This document shows positions 18,944-29,452 of a stretch of 64,000 nucleotides of DNA, piece by piece. The notes below the pieces were generated by a model. That model did not search any database. It was not told where the DNA came from and worked only from the letters and a program-made list of their open reading frames with translations. The DNA is taken from positions 256,001 to 320,000 of the IMG/VR virus record IMGVR_UViG_3300017700_000931; one strand, written 5' to 3'. Source of the DNA: a virus (lineage: Duplodnaviria; Caudoviricetes). Both the position numbers and the translations under genes were made by a program. The number at the start of each line of letters is the position of its first letter. Within the stretch, counting starts at the first letter, position 1.

Positions 18944-20578
18944 TTAATTAATACAATGAAATTCTTGAAGTATTGGTTTTAATGTTAATCCATTAATGTC
19001 ATTACTATACTCCAATAAATTAAGTTTAATATTTAAATCTTTAAATTTTTTGTTAATTTTATTAGTATAATCAATAACTTTATTTGGAAATTCTTCAGCT
19101 ACTAGATATCCATTATTTGAGTCCAATTCAATCATGTATTGTAATAATTGAGAAACATCTTTAACTTCTGCTTTATATAGTTTAACTTCCCACGGAATAT
19201 TATCTTCTTTGATGTATATATCTAATTTATTACCTGAACCAGACAAGACATATTCCTCCTTAGTTGAACCAATAATTGTTTTACCATAATACATACTACC
19301 AAAACTATTTAAACTTTGAGCGATTGTATCACGTAATTGATGTTCATCTGACATTTTTTGTTGTCTAATATATGGGTTAGATATCAAATTCATCCCACTT
19401 TTGTTGATGCTATTTTTAAATGATTTTGCTGATTCTTCATTATAAAATTTAAAATTATCTGAAGAACTAATTTTACCATTTTTCAAAAACAATTTTATTT
19501 GTTCTAGAATATTTAAAACATCATCACTTCTAATAATTCTATTTTTTGTAATAACAGTTTCCACACCATACCAACGTACTTGTCCTCGTAAAAATTGAGT
19601 CCAATTACTACCTGTATCATTAATAAAATCAACAACATGTTCTTCTATAAGAATGTCATAAATAAAAAAATCAAAACCACCATACTTAGCAGCAATATTA
19701 TATGGATAATTACTTCCTGATTTTAATAATTTTGGGTCCATATCAAGCATTTGATAATGCTTGATTCCTATAATATCATTTTTAGGTGAATAACCAAATT
19801 TTAATATTGCTTTAACATTACCACATGTGAACTCTTTACCATCAATTATAGGGTCTTCAATCTTTTTTGTCTTGTCAGCATCCCATTCTGGAGGATAATA
19901 ATATATTGGTTTAACACTATTGATTATTTCAGTCCTTATTTTTTCTTCATCAACAATTGTTAAGTTAAATTTGATTGAGGTATCAGTTAAAATTAATTGA
20001 TATTTTTTTCCTAAAATATTCTTCATTTGATTAATACCTTTATGAGTTGAAATTTTAAAAAATTTGTTCTTATCTTTTGAAACAAATATTTCAACTTCAG
20101 TTCCGTGGTCACCATCAAAATTAATAGGCGTTAGACTTATATCATCTCCAATACTAAATTCATCAATAGAATAACCATCTATTAATTTTATATGTTCTTC
20201 ATTAATAGCTTTTGTTTTAACTTCAAATTTTTCGCCTAAAAATAAAACACTAGATTTTAAACCAACATCATGTTCATTAATACTATTTTGAGTTTCCTTT
20301 GCGAATGGTGTAAGGGCCATATTTATTTCATGAGATGGTATCCCACACCCATTATCCTTTATAATAACTTTATCAACAACTTTAATATATTTGTCACCCT
20401 CCAATTCTGATTTAATGATAAACTTAAGTTCTATTGATAAATTATTAACTTTACTAGCGATAGAATTATTTATTAATTCATATATTGCTTCTTCTGGTGA
20501 CTCATATGGTGTTTTACTTAACCCCTTAAGTAAATTGACTGGTTTAGTACCTTTTATTTTAATTTGTGTTGGTTTCAT
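18944..20578 (-). CDS. GHKL (MORC/MutL/Hsp90-like) ATPase fused to a C-terminal PD-(D/E)XK-type nuclease
   Basis: EAIYELINNSI, IKDNGCGI, NEHDVGLKSS; C-terminal KLDIY...WEVK...DVSQLLQY. Confidence 0.75.
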   Translation of the reverse strand: MKPTQIKIKGTKPVNLLKGLSKTPYESPEEAIYELINNSIASKVNNLSIELKFIIKSELEGDKYIKVVDKVIIKDNGCGIPSHEINMALTPFAKETQNSINEHDVGLKSSVLFLGEKFEVKTKAINEEHIKLIDGYSIDEFSIGDDISLTPINFDGDHGTEVEIFVSKDKNKFFKISTHKGINQMKNILGKKYQLILTDTSIKFNLTIVDEEKIRTEIINSVKPIYYYPPEWDADKTKKIEDPIIDGKEFTCGNVKAILKFGYSPKNDIIGIKHYQMLDMDPKLLKSGSNYPYNIAAKYGGFDFFIYDILIEEHVVDFINDTGSNWTQFLRGQVRWYGVETVITKNRIIRSDDVLNILEQIKLFLKNGKISSSDNFKFYNEESAKSFKNSINKSGMNLISNPYIRQQKMSDEHQLRDTIAQSLNSFGSMYYGKTIIGSTKEEYVLSGSGNKLDIYIKEDNIPWEVKLYKAEVKDVSQLLQYMIELDSNNGYLVAEEFPNKVIDYTNKINKKFKDLNIKLNLLEYSNDINGLTLKPILQEFHCIN

Positions 20579-20596
20579 TTTACTATTATTTGTACT

Positions 20597-21632
20597 TTAA
20601 ATTACTGTATTTCCAGCTTCAATCAATCTTTTTATTGCTGCATCCATTTCTTCTTTACCTTTGGGGGTCCGGTTCCAAGACTTAACATCTTTCCAACCAT
20701 ACCAGACTTTCATTTGGATGAGATAGATTTCAGCTCCATCCCAATCTTCCCACGGACCGTACCTATACGTTTTCATTTTGATTGGCCTTAATAATATTTT
20801 CTAATTCTTTAATCTTATTATCTTTTTCAGACAACAATTTAGCGGCATGGTCTCTTACAATCACAATGTGTGGTAAGTAACGATTTATTAATTCTGGATA
20901 GATATAATTTCTTGCCCATTCTAAATGGTCTTTATCAAATTCTAAATCGAAATCTTTACTTAAATGAGAAATAATATTTTCTTTTATTTCATCATCAGTT
21001 GGTAACACATCTGGTTTTGGGTAAATCATATCACTCATATTACATACTAAATGGCATTTCGAGCCATCTACCTAATTTAATTTTAACTGTTACGGTTCCG
21101 ACCCAACAATCACCTGTCTCACCAACACTACGTTGGTCAATCCAAGCACGTTTTATCTTACCATGATTCTCGTATTGATAGTTGCCAACAGGTTTCCTAA
21201 CAATCTTAAATTTGTCACAAACTTGAGAATCTTCCATGAATGACAATAGGTCCTCATAGAACCTATCTGATTTAATGCTTTTGATTGCTTTAAGTATCCG
21301 GTAGTTTACTCGGTTACATTCATCATTATATTCATTCACAGATTTGGTATAATCATCCATCACCTTATCGAATTCTTTTTGGTTATCTTCCATTATATTT
21401 TGGTTATCTCTCCGTTAGTTGAACGATAATACTTATCACTTTTATAATCACCTAACACATTAACTTGTGTTGCATAGCTATTAAACATTCCGAATTGTTC
21501 CATCACAGGTTCAACACCTTCTTTGTATTCACAGAAGATAGTAAACTTATCCTTTGGGTCAAGCCAATATGGTGCTGCAAGAAATGTATCACCTGTTTCA
21601 ATTTCTTGTACTATTTTAAATGTGTTATTCAT
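20597..21632 (-). CDS. hypothetical proteins (20597-20776, 20763-21038, 21040-21393, 21393-21632)
   Basis: ORF track plus one 59-aa ORF read by hand. Confidence 0.7.
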
Positions 21633-22244
21633 TTATTTTTTTGTTGGTACATTGTATGTATCCATTAACCACATTGAGAATGACCTTGTGGTTTTAACTT
21701 CATCATACTCATTCATAATATCCCACCAAGTTTTTGCTTTTTCAGCAATTAATATGTTAGCACGACTATCAGATAGTCGTGGAGTATAATAATCTTCAGC
21801 GTGGATAAAAAGACCACCAGTTAAATCAGCATCAATACCATCAGAGTTTAAACCTCTTCGATATAATTCTACATGAACATTATCACCATCATGGATTTTA
21901 CCATCAACAATATCCTCTAGTGTTGTATTAGATATTTGTTCTGATAAGACAAGTACTTTGTAAAACGCTCTGTCACATGGGCCAGATAAAATTGCTGCAT
22001 TGTAATTTATGTTTTCATCGTCAGCAATTCCAAAATTATTTAACCTTGGATTGAAATACTGGTCTCCCAATTTTATATCCTGTGTTTTAGAAATAATAGC
22101 TGGTTGTAAATTTGCAATTTGATTATTCAGTGGAATAATTATTAAAACACCATTAGTAATAATAGCTTCATGATTAAGAAATCTAAAATATTTAACATGT
22201 TTTGCTTCAATACGAATCATAATTTCTTTTTTAGTGTGTTCCAT
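21633..22244 (-). CDS. hypothetical protein, distantly similar to 61326-61985
   Basis: QPAIISKTQDIKLGD...KVLV architecture resembles PQHIYIT...LEEGD...KIIAST. Confidence 0.6.
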   Translation of the reverse strand: MEHTKKEIMIRIEAKHVKYFRFLNHEAIITNGVLIIIPLNNQIANLQPAIISKTQDIKLGDQYFNPRLNNFGIADDENINYNAAILSGPCDRAFYKVLVLSEQISNTTLEDIVDGKIHDGDNVHVELYRRGLNSDGIDADLTGGLFIHAEDYYTPRLSDSRANILIAEKAKTWWDIMNEYDEVKTTRSFSMWLMDTYNVPTKK

Positions 22245-22895
22245 CAGTTAATGAAATGCCATGCTTAAATCCTCTTAAAAATTCTTCTTTGTTAAAGTCT
22301 TTCTCACCTTCACGTTCTTTAATAGCTGTACCAATAATAAAACCGACTGTATTCCCTAAATCGGATAAATCTGGCTTGAGTGTTGGCCTTATTTTCTCAA
22401 ACTTCTCAAACATGATTTTATCTTTGTTTAAAGCGGCGATTAATTTATCAATAGTATCTATCATATTAAGATTTATTTAAGTCTTTTTAATTTACCAAGT
22501 TCATCAACAAACTCTCTGTGACTTTCACCCATACCATTACTATAATTGTTTAGTGCATAATATGTATTATTTATTGAGGCAACAATAGCTGACTTTTCCT
22601 TTTTATTTAGTAGAAGGCTAATGAAAAAATATCTAACTTTTTTCATAACTTAAGTTTCTGTTGATTCAACTAACTCAAATCCTTGTTCAATTGCCATGAG
22701 GAATTCTGCTTTAGTGAATCCGGCTTTACCAATGTTATCCTTTACAGCTAATGCCATAACAACACCTACTGTACTACCAATATCCTTTAGTGTTCCAGTG
22801 GTCTTACATCTCGCATGGGTTTCTTTTTCCTTATTGAGCTCACGTATTAAAAGGTCAATTGTTTTATTCATTCTTTTTTTTGTTAATGTTGTCAT
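22231..22895 (-). CDS. paralog pair (22231-22464, 22650-22895) flanking a 57-aa ORF
   Basis: TID.LI..LNK.K...D.G.TVG.....A.K......F.K.EFL.....G. Confidence 0.75.
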
Positions 22896-23073
22896 TAATT
22901 GTTTTCAAAGCAATAAAAATATCTCTAAGATACATGAATAATGCTGCTATAAGTAAACCAAACGTTAATGATGTCCAAAAATCAAATGATATTCTAAGTA
23001 TTAAATGTATTATTAATACTTTTATAAAAAACAATTGAGGTACGCTTAAATCCTCAGTAAATTTATCACTCAT
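22864..23073 (-). CDS. small two-TM membrane protein
   Basis: Two hydrophobic segments. Confidence 0.65.
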   Translation of the reverse strand: MSDKFTEDLSVPQLFFIKVLIIHLILRISFDFWTSLTFGLLIAALFMYLRDIFIALKTINDNINKKKNE

Positions 23074-23422
23074 TAGATTTACACGATTTATGTCTAAGTT
23101 TATTCATACTAATTTGAAGTTCTTTAATCTCAATTAGTCTAACACATTTCATCGAATCAATGAACTCATAACTTCCTTTATCAGTAAAAGAAAAATCTGG
23201 TGACTTAGTAATTAAGACATACCCAGTGAAATCTTTATGAAATATAAGTGGATGGGTATCATCATCACCAAAAGAAATTGTATCAAGAGTATGATACTCC
23301 CAACTATCCTCAACATACGAAATAGTTTGTTGGATGTCGAATTCATCGCTTGATGTTTCCTCAAGGCATGATGTCATGCTGATTAATAAACTTGCGAATA
23401 ATGTGTAGATTGCTATTTTCAT
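23066..23422 (-). CDS. putative lipoprotein
   Basis: MKIAIYTLFASLLISMTS-C lipobox. Confidence 0.7.
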   Translation of the reverse strand: MKIAIYTLFASLLISMTSCLEETSSDEFDIQQTISYVEDSWEYHTLDTISFGDDDTHPLIFHKDFTGYVLITKSPDFSFTDKGSYEFIDSMKCVRLIEIKELQISMNKLRHKSCKSNE

Positions 23423-23460
23423 AAAACAAAATTATACTTTTTTATTTAATACCACAAGAC

Positions 23461-24585
23461 CTATTCTTCAATAGGATTGAAAATGCTCCAAATTGTAATT
23501 GCAATTGTCACAATTAGTGTAGTAATATGGCACCATGTAATTGCCCATCCGGGTGGGTCTACAGTCAAATAACTGAATTCTTTAAAGTCCTTTCTAATGA
23601 ATTTTTCACTAAGTTCTGTTTCAACAAATCCGGCTAAGGCAAGTAAGTCTAATTTAGATTGCTTCATGACAAAATCCCTCACATTAATCTTTGGTTCTTG
23701 CACTTCGGACCATGAGAATACATGGCACCAATTGATTGCTGAATAAGATGAATCAGTTCCAATACAAATAACGAATTCATTATCATTACCACCCTTCCAA
23801 TAACGCTCTTGCATTTGTCCAGTTGATGGTGTATGACTACCATATAATAGAACCCAAACTCTTAGGCCCTTAGCTTTACCCAATTTGGAGTTGAGCCAAG
23901 TGAATTCTCTTTCAGCATCTTTATGTAATTCTTTGTTCGCACCTAAGATAGAATGTTGATAACGTCCATTATAAATGTTAGCATACTTATGTAGTCCGTG
24001 GTGTTTAGCTTCTTCTTCACTTACATCAGGATAATTGTATACTGAGTGTGATGCTTGAACTCTATTTTCGTATGTGTGTTCAGTGTACATTGGTTCGAAT
24101 GTTTCCTTCTCACCTTGCCAATAGAATACATACTTATCACCATCATTTGTATATGAATTTCGAGCTAGCTCAACAAAGCTTGGTTTTTGTTTGAATTGCC
24201 TCATTAGACGATTGTATTCGGATTCACTAATACTTTGTACAATACCATTGTTATCTGTGATTTGCCAAGATGCTGGATGATACTTCACATATGAACAATC
24301 GTATGGTCTACTACATGTACTCTTACCACATTTATAATGGTGATAACAAGTCTTATGTATATACTCATTCCAATCCTCGTAATACTCTACCTTTTGGACA
24401 GTCCCACCCCAATACTCAGTATCACTTGTTATGGATTTAATAACAAAGAAACGGAATACGATAATGAATAGTATTGCCACACCAATTGGGATGAGTGCTT
24501 CCCACCAGATGACCTTGTGTTTAAAAAAGTACATTGCTAAGGCACCGATAATTATCGGGTACAATAAGGGAATCCAAATTTCCAT
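23461..24585 (-). CDS. membrane protein (2 N-terminal TM, large soluble domain, C-terminal TM); LemA partner, possibly TPM-like
   Basis: Hydrophobic pattern; VWVLLY...WKGGNDNEFVICIG core. Confidence 0.6.
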   Translation of the reverse strand: MEIWIPLLYPIIIGALAMYFFKHKVIWWEALIPIGVAILFIIVFRFFVIKSITSDTEYWGGTVQKVEYYEDWNEYIHKTCYHHYKCGKSTCSRPYDCSYVKYHPASWQITDNNGIVQSISESEYNRLMRQFKQKPSFVELARNSYTNDGDKYVFYWQGEKETFEPMYTEHTYENRVQASHSVYNYPDVSEEEAKHHGLHKYANIYNGRYQHSILGANKELHKDAEREFTWLNSKLGKAKGLRVWVLLYGSHTPSTGQMQERYWKGGNDNEFVICIGTDSSYSAINWCHVFSWSEVQEPKINVRDFVMKQSKLDLLALAGFVETELSEKFIRKDFKEFSYLTVDPPGWAITWCHITTLIVTIAITIWSIFNPIEE

Positions 24586-24610
24586 AGGAAGATTTTAAAT
24601 TGTTTTTTAA

Positions 24611-25156
24611 TTAGAATTCTAGATTCTTTTCATCATGTCCGGTTGCCCAAGTATCTTCAGTATATTGGTCAGTGATAACAACTAATTCAAGTTCTGAAGC
24701 ATCATCAATAAACCACTTATAAGGTTTTTGATTTCTTAGTTTATCATGTTCAGCCTTAATAGATATTTTCTTCTTTTGTTCCTCATGAAATTGTGTACGT
24801 GTAGCATTAACTGTTGTCATCAATTTCTCATGTGTAGCCAATGAATATTCTGGATTAGATTCAGCAATCCATTCGAATAATGGTTGACCCTTTTCTCCAT
24901 ATCTACCTTCCATAAGTGGTTGATAAATCTTAAGGAAATCATCAGATGTTTTGCTAACAACATTAGCTTCATCTTCAATGATGGACCACATTGTTTTAAA
25001 GTATGATTTGCATACTTCGTCCTGTGCTTTAAAGTCAGCACGTAATGCAACGTCTTTGTTGTCAGTGTGCCAATCAATACCCCAGATGGTGATAACGAAT
25101 ATCAGTGTTACTACACCACCAAAAATTAATCCCGCTTTTTTCAATTTGTTTTTCAT
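24611..25156 (-). CDS. LemA-like single-TM coiled-coil protein
   Basis: N-terminal TM then helical bundle (MEGRYG...IAESNP...VNATRTQF). Confidence 0.5.
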   Translation of the reverse strand: MKNKLKKAGLIFGGVVTLIFVITIWGIDWHTDNKDVALRADFKAQDEVCKSYFKTMWSIIEDEANVVSKTSDDFLKIYQPLMEGRYGEKGQPLFEWIAESNPEYSLATHEKLMTTVNATRTQFHEEQKKKISIKAEHDKLRNQKPYKWFIDDASELELVVITDQYTEDTWATGHDEKNLEF

Positions 25157-25171
25157 ATATTTGTTTTTAAA

Positions 25172-25571
25172 TTATCGTTTAAATTTTTCAGACCTTATAT
25201 AGTTATCCAACATAGGAAATCTACCATATTGCTCACCTGTTTCAACCTCAAACCAACAATAACCACCACCAAATGTATAGACATCATGGTCATGAGTATA
25301 TTCGATTGTTTTTTCTTTGCGACCAAATAATCTACCAATTAATCTTGGAGAGTATTTAACCTTAATCCTTTTGCCTTGCGAACTTACGATTTCTGCTTTC
25401 ATATTTTTTCATTTTCTTTCTTAGCTTATCAATTGCTGGTTTCATGTCATTAATCAACCAGTGTTCAATAACATTTGGGTGATGGTTTCCTTCATCTAGT
25501 TTCTCCCAAGCCTTTATTATTCTTTTGGCCTCAGCCAATAAAAAATTTTCCTTATCTTTGTTCTTTGCCAT
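25172..25571 (-). CDS. hypothetical proteins (25172-25402, 25362-25571)
   Basis: ORF track. Confidence 0.7.
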
Positions 25572-26067
25572 TCTTTTTAATTAAATCAACGTCCCCAACT
25601 GGAGAAGTTAATATTTCTAGTATTTCTTTTTTGTCTTTAGGGTTAATGATATCAATCACCTTTTCAATAGTTTTGTCCATCATATTATCTGTAATGTTTT
25701 CAGATTCTACTCGGATATCAGGATTAGAGAATTCATTTATCATGAAGTTAATAATACCATACGAATCAAGTATTTCATTAACCGTACAAACATGCTTGAT
25801 ATGAATATCAATAAAGTATTTAGTTTTAAACCAGTCAACCACTTGAGTATATAATGGTGCTGCTATTGCCCATTGAGGCAAACTAGAATTGGTTAAGTCC
25901 ATATTATACAATAATGGCCTTTTGGATTCCTCAGCATTCAATGGCCGATTGTTGTAATTGATATGAACATCAGTATCACCAACTTCAAACATACCCATAC
26001 ATGGTTCATTAAAACCAATTTGTTTAAGGAGCAATGCTATATGATATGGGACAAAGTATTTTTCCAT
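25552..26067 (-). CDS. FNEPC-motif phage protein, paralog C
   Basis: LKQIGFNEPC...APLYTQVVDWF. Confidence 0.8.
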   Translation of the reverse strand: MEKYFVPYHIALLLKQIGFNEPCMGMFEVGDTDVHINYNNRPLNAEESKRPLLYNMDLTNSSLPQWAIAAPLYTQVVDWFKTKYFIDIHIKHVCTVNEILDSYGIINFMINEFSNPDIRVESENITDNMMDKTIEKVIDIINPKDKKEILEILTSPVGDVDLIKKNGKEQR

Positions 26068-26070
26068 GTG

Positions 26071-26820
<750 letters not shown>

Positions 26821-26824
26821 AGTA

Positions 26825-27349
26825 TCAAATATATTGAATTATTTCTTCTTGTTTAATTTCTTTAATCGATTCATCCATTAAATACAGGTTCATTTTATCG
26901 TATACAATAATGGAATAGTACTTATCGTCTACCTTGTAAATCCGGTGTGCGCCATCTTTAACCCATTCACCCTCACCAATTAATTCAGCCTCATCATTAT
27001 GAATCTTCTTCAATGCGATATTAATTGGATTGGCCAATTCTGCTTGAATTCTAGTTATCTTTGCATCGAGTTTTAAACCATCTAAAACTCTTTCACAGAT
27101 AAGTCTATCAGCAAATAAATCAATTTTATGAATTAACTCTGACTTCTTAGATTTTTCCAGAGCATGCTCTACCCAGAAACCTCTACCACAAATGTCCAAC
27201 AAATCATTTTTAATTTGAAGTATCTCGGCTTTGTTTTTTTGAGTATAAACTTCGTATTGTTTTATACGAGTTCTGATGTTCTCCAATGAAGCAACATATT
27301 CATCTAGTGAAGTCTTTAATGATTGTAAATTGGCTAAACCTTGTTCCAT
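26825..27349 (-). CDS. coiled-coil hypothetical protein (start corrected)
   Basis: ORF track, second Met. Confidence 0.7.
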   Translation of the reverse strand: MEQGLANLQSLKTSLDEYVASLENIRTRIKQYEVYTQKNKAEILQIKNDLLDICGRGFWVEHALEKSKKSELIHKIDLFADRLICERVLDGLKLDAKITRIQAELANPINIALKKIHNDEAELIGEGEWVKDGAHRIYKVDDKYYSIIVYDKMNLYLMDESIKEIKQEEIIQYI

Positions 27350-27401
27350 AATAAAAGCAAAGATAGGAAATAAATTCCTATTTAACAAATTAAATTAAAA
27401 A

Positions 27402-27515
27402 ATGTTTGCGACTGATAGGATTTTTACCTATACTTGTGTTACTTCTTTTTGGGGATTCAATTCCCTAACGTCTGTTTTCTAAAGCTCCCGTATATGCAAC
27501 CCATTGTGCATTCCG
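27402..27515 (-). other. degenerate tRNA-like sequence
   Basis: D-arm-like TGCA-CAATGGGT-TGCA and T-arm-like ATAGG-TAAAAAT-CCTAT followed by CAGTCGCA; acceptor pairing poor. Confidence 0.3.
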
Positions 27516-27542
27516 CTCTCTACAATTGATTAACAGATAATA

Positions 27543-28213
27543 TCAGCGTCTAGTCTTTTGCGCCACAGGGCAAACATTTTCTAATATCTTAATAGCTTTT
27601 TTAAACGTTGCTATTCGTTCTTTTTGTCTTGGTATTGATGCTCGGTGCATATCATGGAAAGAATTAGGACTAACCTTACGACGAAGCAATTTGCGAGTAA
27701 TTTTTAATATTCGCTGTTGTTCATAAAGCTCACGTCTTAATACCTTCAATGCTGACTCCATGATTATCCAAATGAAATGCTATAACCTAATACTGGAAAT
27801 ATAATAATCCAGACTATTAACCAAACTAATTCAATCCCCCAACCAATGAGAGAACCAAGTTCTTCTTTGTATTCTTGTGGTAAACAACCCCAGATGGCTA
27901 AACCGACTATGATTAGTACAGCGACATTAAATAAATTTATTGTTATCATAATTTATTTTTCATCAAGAGCATCGATTCTAGTGGTGATAGTATCCATATA
28001 ATCACTAATTGCTGTCATTGTTTTACCAATTTCTTTAATAACATAATCGAGATATCTAATCGTACCCTCATGTCTGGATTTGAAAAACCATTTAGATTTC
28101 AATCTATGTTTTTCATTTTCTTTTTCCTTCTGTAATTGATTTTGGAAAAGCCATAATTGATGCAACTCTTCTTTACGTTTACGTAATTGTTGTCCTTCGT
28201 CTAATACTTTCAT
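27543..28213 (-). CDS. hypothetical proteins (27543-27761, 27764-27949 membrane, 27953-28213)
   Basis: ORF track. Confidence 0.7.
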
Positions 28214-28217
28214 ATTC

Positions 28218-28472
28218 TTAGTTTGTTTCGTTAATTAATTTATACCCAGAAATTTTATTAGCCGACATCAAATGGGCTTCCGCATCAATTTCAATAATCC
28301 ATACGTGATAATGTTCATCTCTACATATGAATATCTCCAATTCACCATTATCAGTTGGGCGTTCTCGCCAAATTATTTCTCCATAGTCTTCAACAGTTTC
28401 AGCTCTTTCACTAGGTGATGAACATGCTGTTATCATTAAACCAAGAAGAATAACTAAAATGTAATTTTTCAT
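28218..28472 (-). CDS. putative lipoprotein (start corrected to 28472)
   Basis: MKNYILVILLGLMITA-C. Confidence 0.7.
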   Translation of the reverse strand: MKNYILVILLGLMITACSSPSERAETVEDYGEIIWRERPTDNGELEIFICRDEHYHVWIIEIDAEAHLMSANKISGYKLINETN

Positions 28473-28473
28473 A

Positions 28474-28722
28474 CTACTTTTTTTTATTAAATTCGACAAT
28501 ATCTCCAACGTTATATTTTCCAATTGAATCAGAAAACCAAAAATCAATTGAGCCCAAATTAGTGTTATCCGGCATTTGAACATGATATGTTGTTAAATGT
28601 TCAAGCTGTCCATCTCTTGAAACAATATCAGTGATGATAAATTGACTGGTTGTTACTGGATAAGTTCTTTCACCACATGATACCAATAAGAATATTACTG
28701 AAATAAAAAATAGTTTTTTCAT
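28474..28722 (-). CDS. putative lipoprotein
   Basis: MKKLFFISVIFLLVS-C. Confidence 0.75.
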   Translation of the reverse strand: MKKLFFISVIFLLVSCGERTYPVTTSQFIITDIVSRDGQLEHLTTYHVQMPDNTNLGSIDFWFSDSIGKYNVGDIVEFNKKK

Positions 28723-28727
28723 CGTTT

Positions 28728-29299
28728 TTATTTTGTGTTTATAATTTTATAAATTTCCTTTACCAAATAGTCATGCTCAGCACGACCTTCTTTTGAAGTG
28801 TATGGTGTATAGCAACCAGAACCCCATTCAGAAAAACATCTTGTTGGTTTTTCTTCTCTATCCAACTGGTTGGCACAATTCAATAATTGGTAAACATCCG
28901 GCCCAGTGAATTTATCCTCACCATTTTCATCATCCCAATTGGGTGAGATGGCAGCGTATGTTTCGATAAACACCCAAATTCGTTCAGCTAATTCTTTCAT
29001 TTTTCAACAATATCTTTAATGTCTTTATTCAAGCCTAATTCAGTGCTTCGTTTACCTAATATAAAATGGATACCTCTACATCTGACCTGTACTTTCTCAC
29101 TACCAATTGAATTTTGAATATCAACCAATTTCCAAAATACATAAGCAAATTCTTTTGGGGTCTTTGCAATTTTAGCCTTATTTTCTAGTTTATTTAATCT
29201 AAATGGCATTGTTAGCAAATACCAAATCAAGTAAATAACTCCAATAACAGCTATAAAAAATACAATAGCTCCAATAATAATTAAAATATTACTTAACAT
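28728..29299 (-). CDS. hypothetical protein (28728-29000) and single-TM protein (28997-29299)
   Basis: ORF track. Confidence 0.7.
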
Positions 29300-29314
29300 A
29301 GTTTTGTTTTAAAA

Positions 29315-29448
29315 GTGAGCATGGTGTAGCTGTTAACTCCGGCATCCGAAAGGGTGAAAAGGATACCTTCATAGTCATTTGCGCCTCCACGTTTATTATT
29401 TACCCTTCGTATTTAACGTGCAACACAAGCCACTTCCGCCATGCTCAC
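29315..29448 (-). ncRNA. 134-nt structured RNA with a tRNA-like 5' end
   Basis: GTGAGCATGG/CCATGCTCAC 10-bp closing stem; ACGTT/AACGT and GGTATCC/GGATGCC helices; intergenic. Confidence 0.6.
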
Positions 29449-29452
29449 AATA

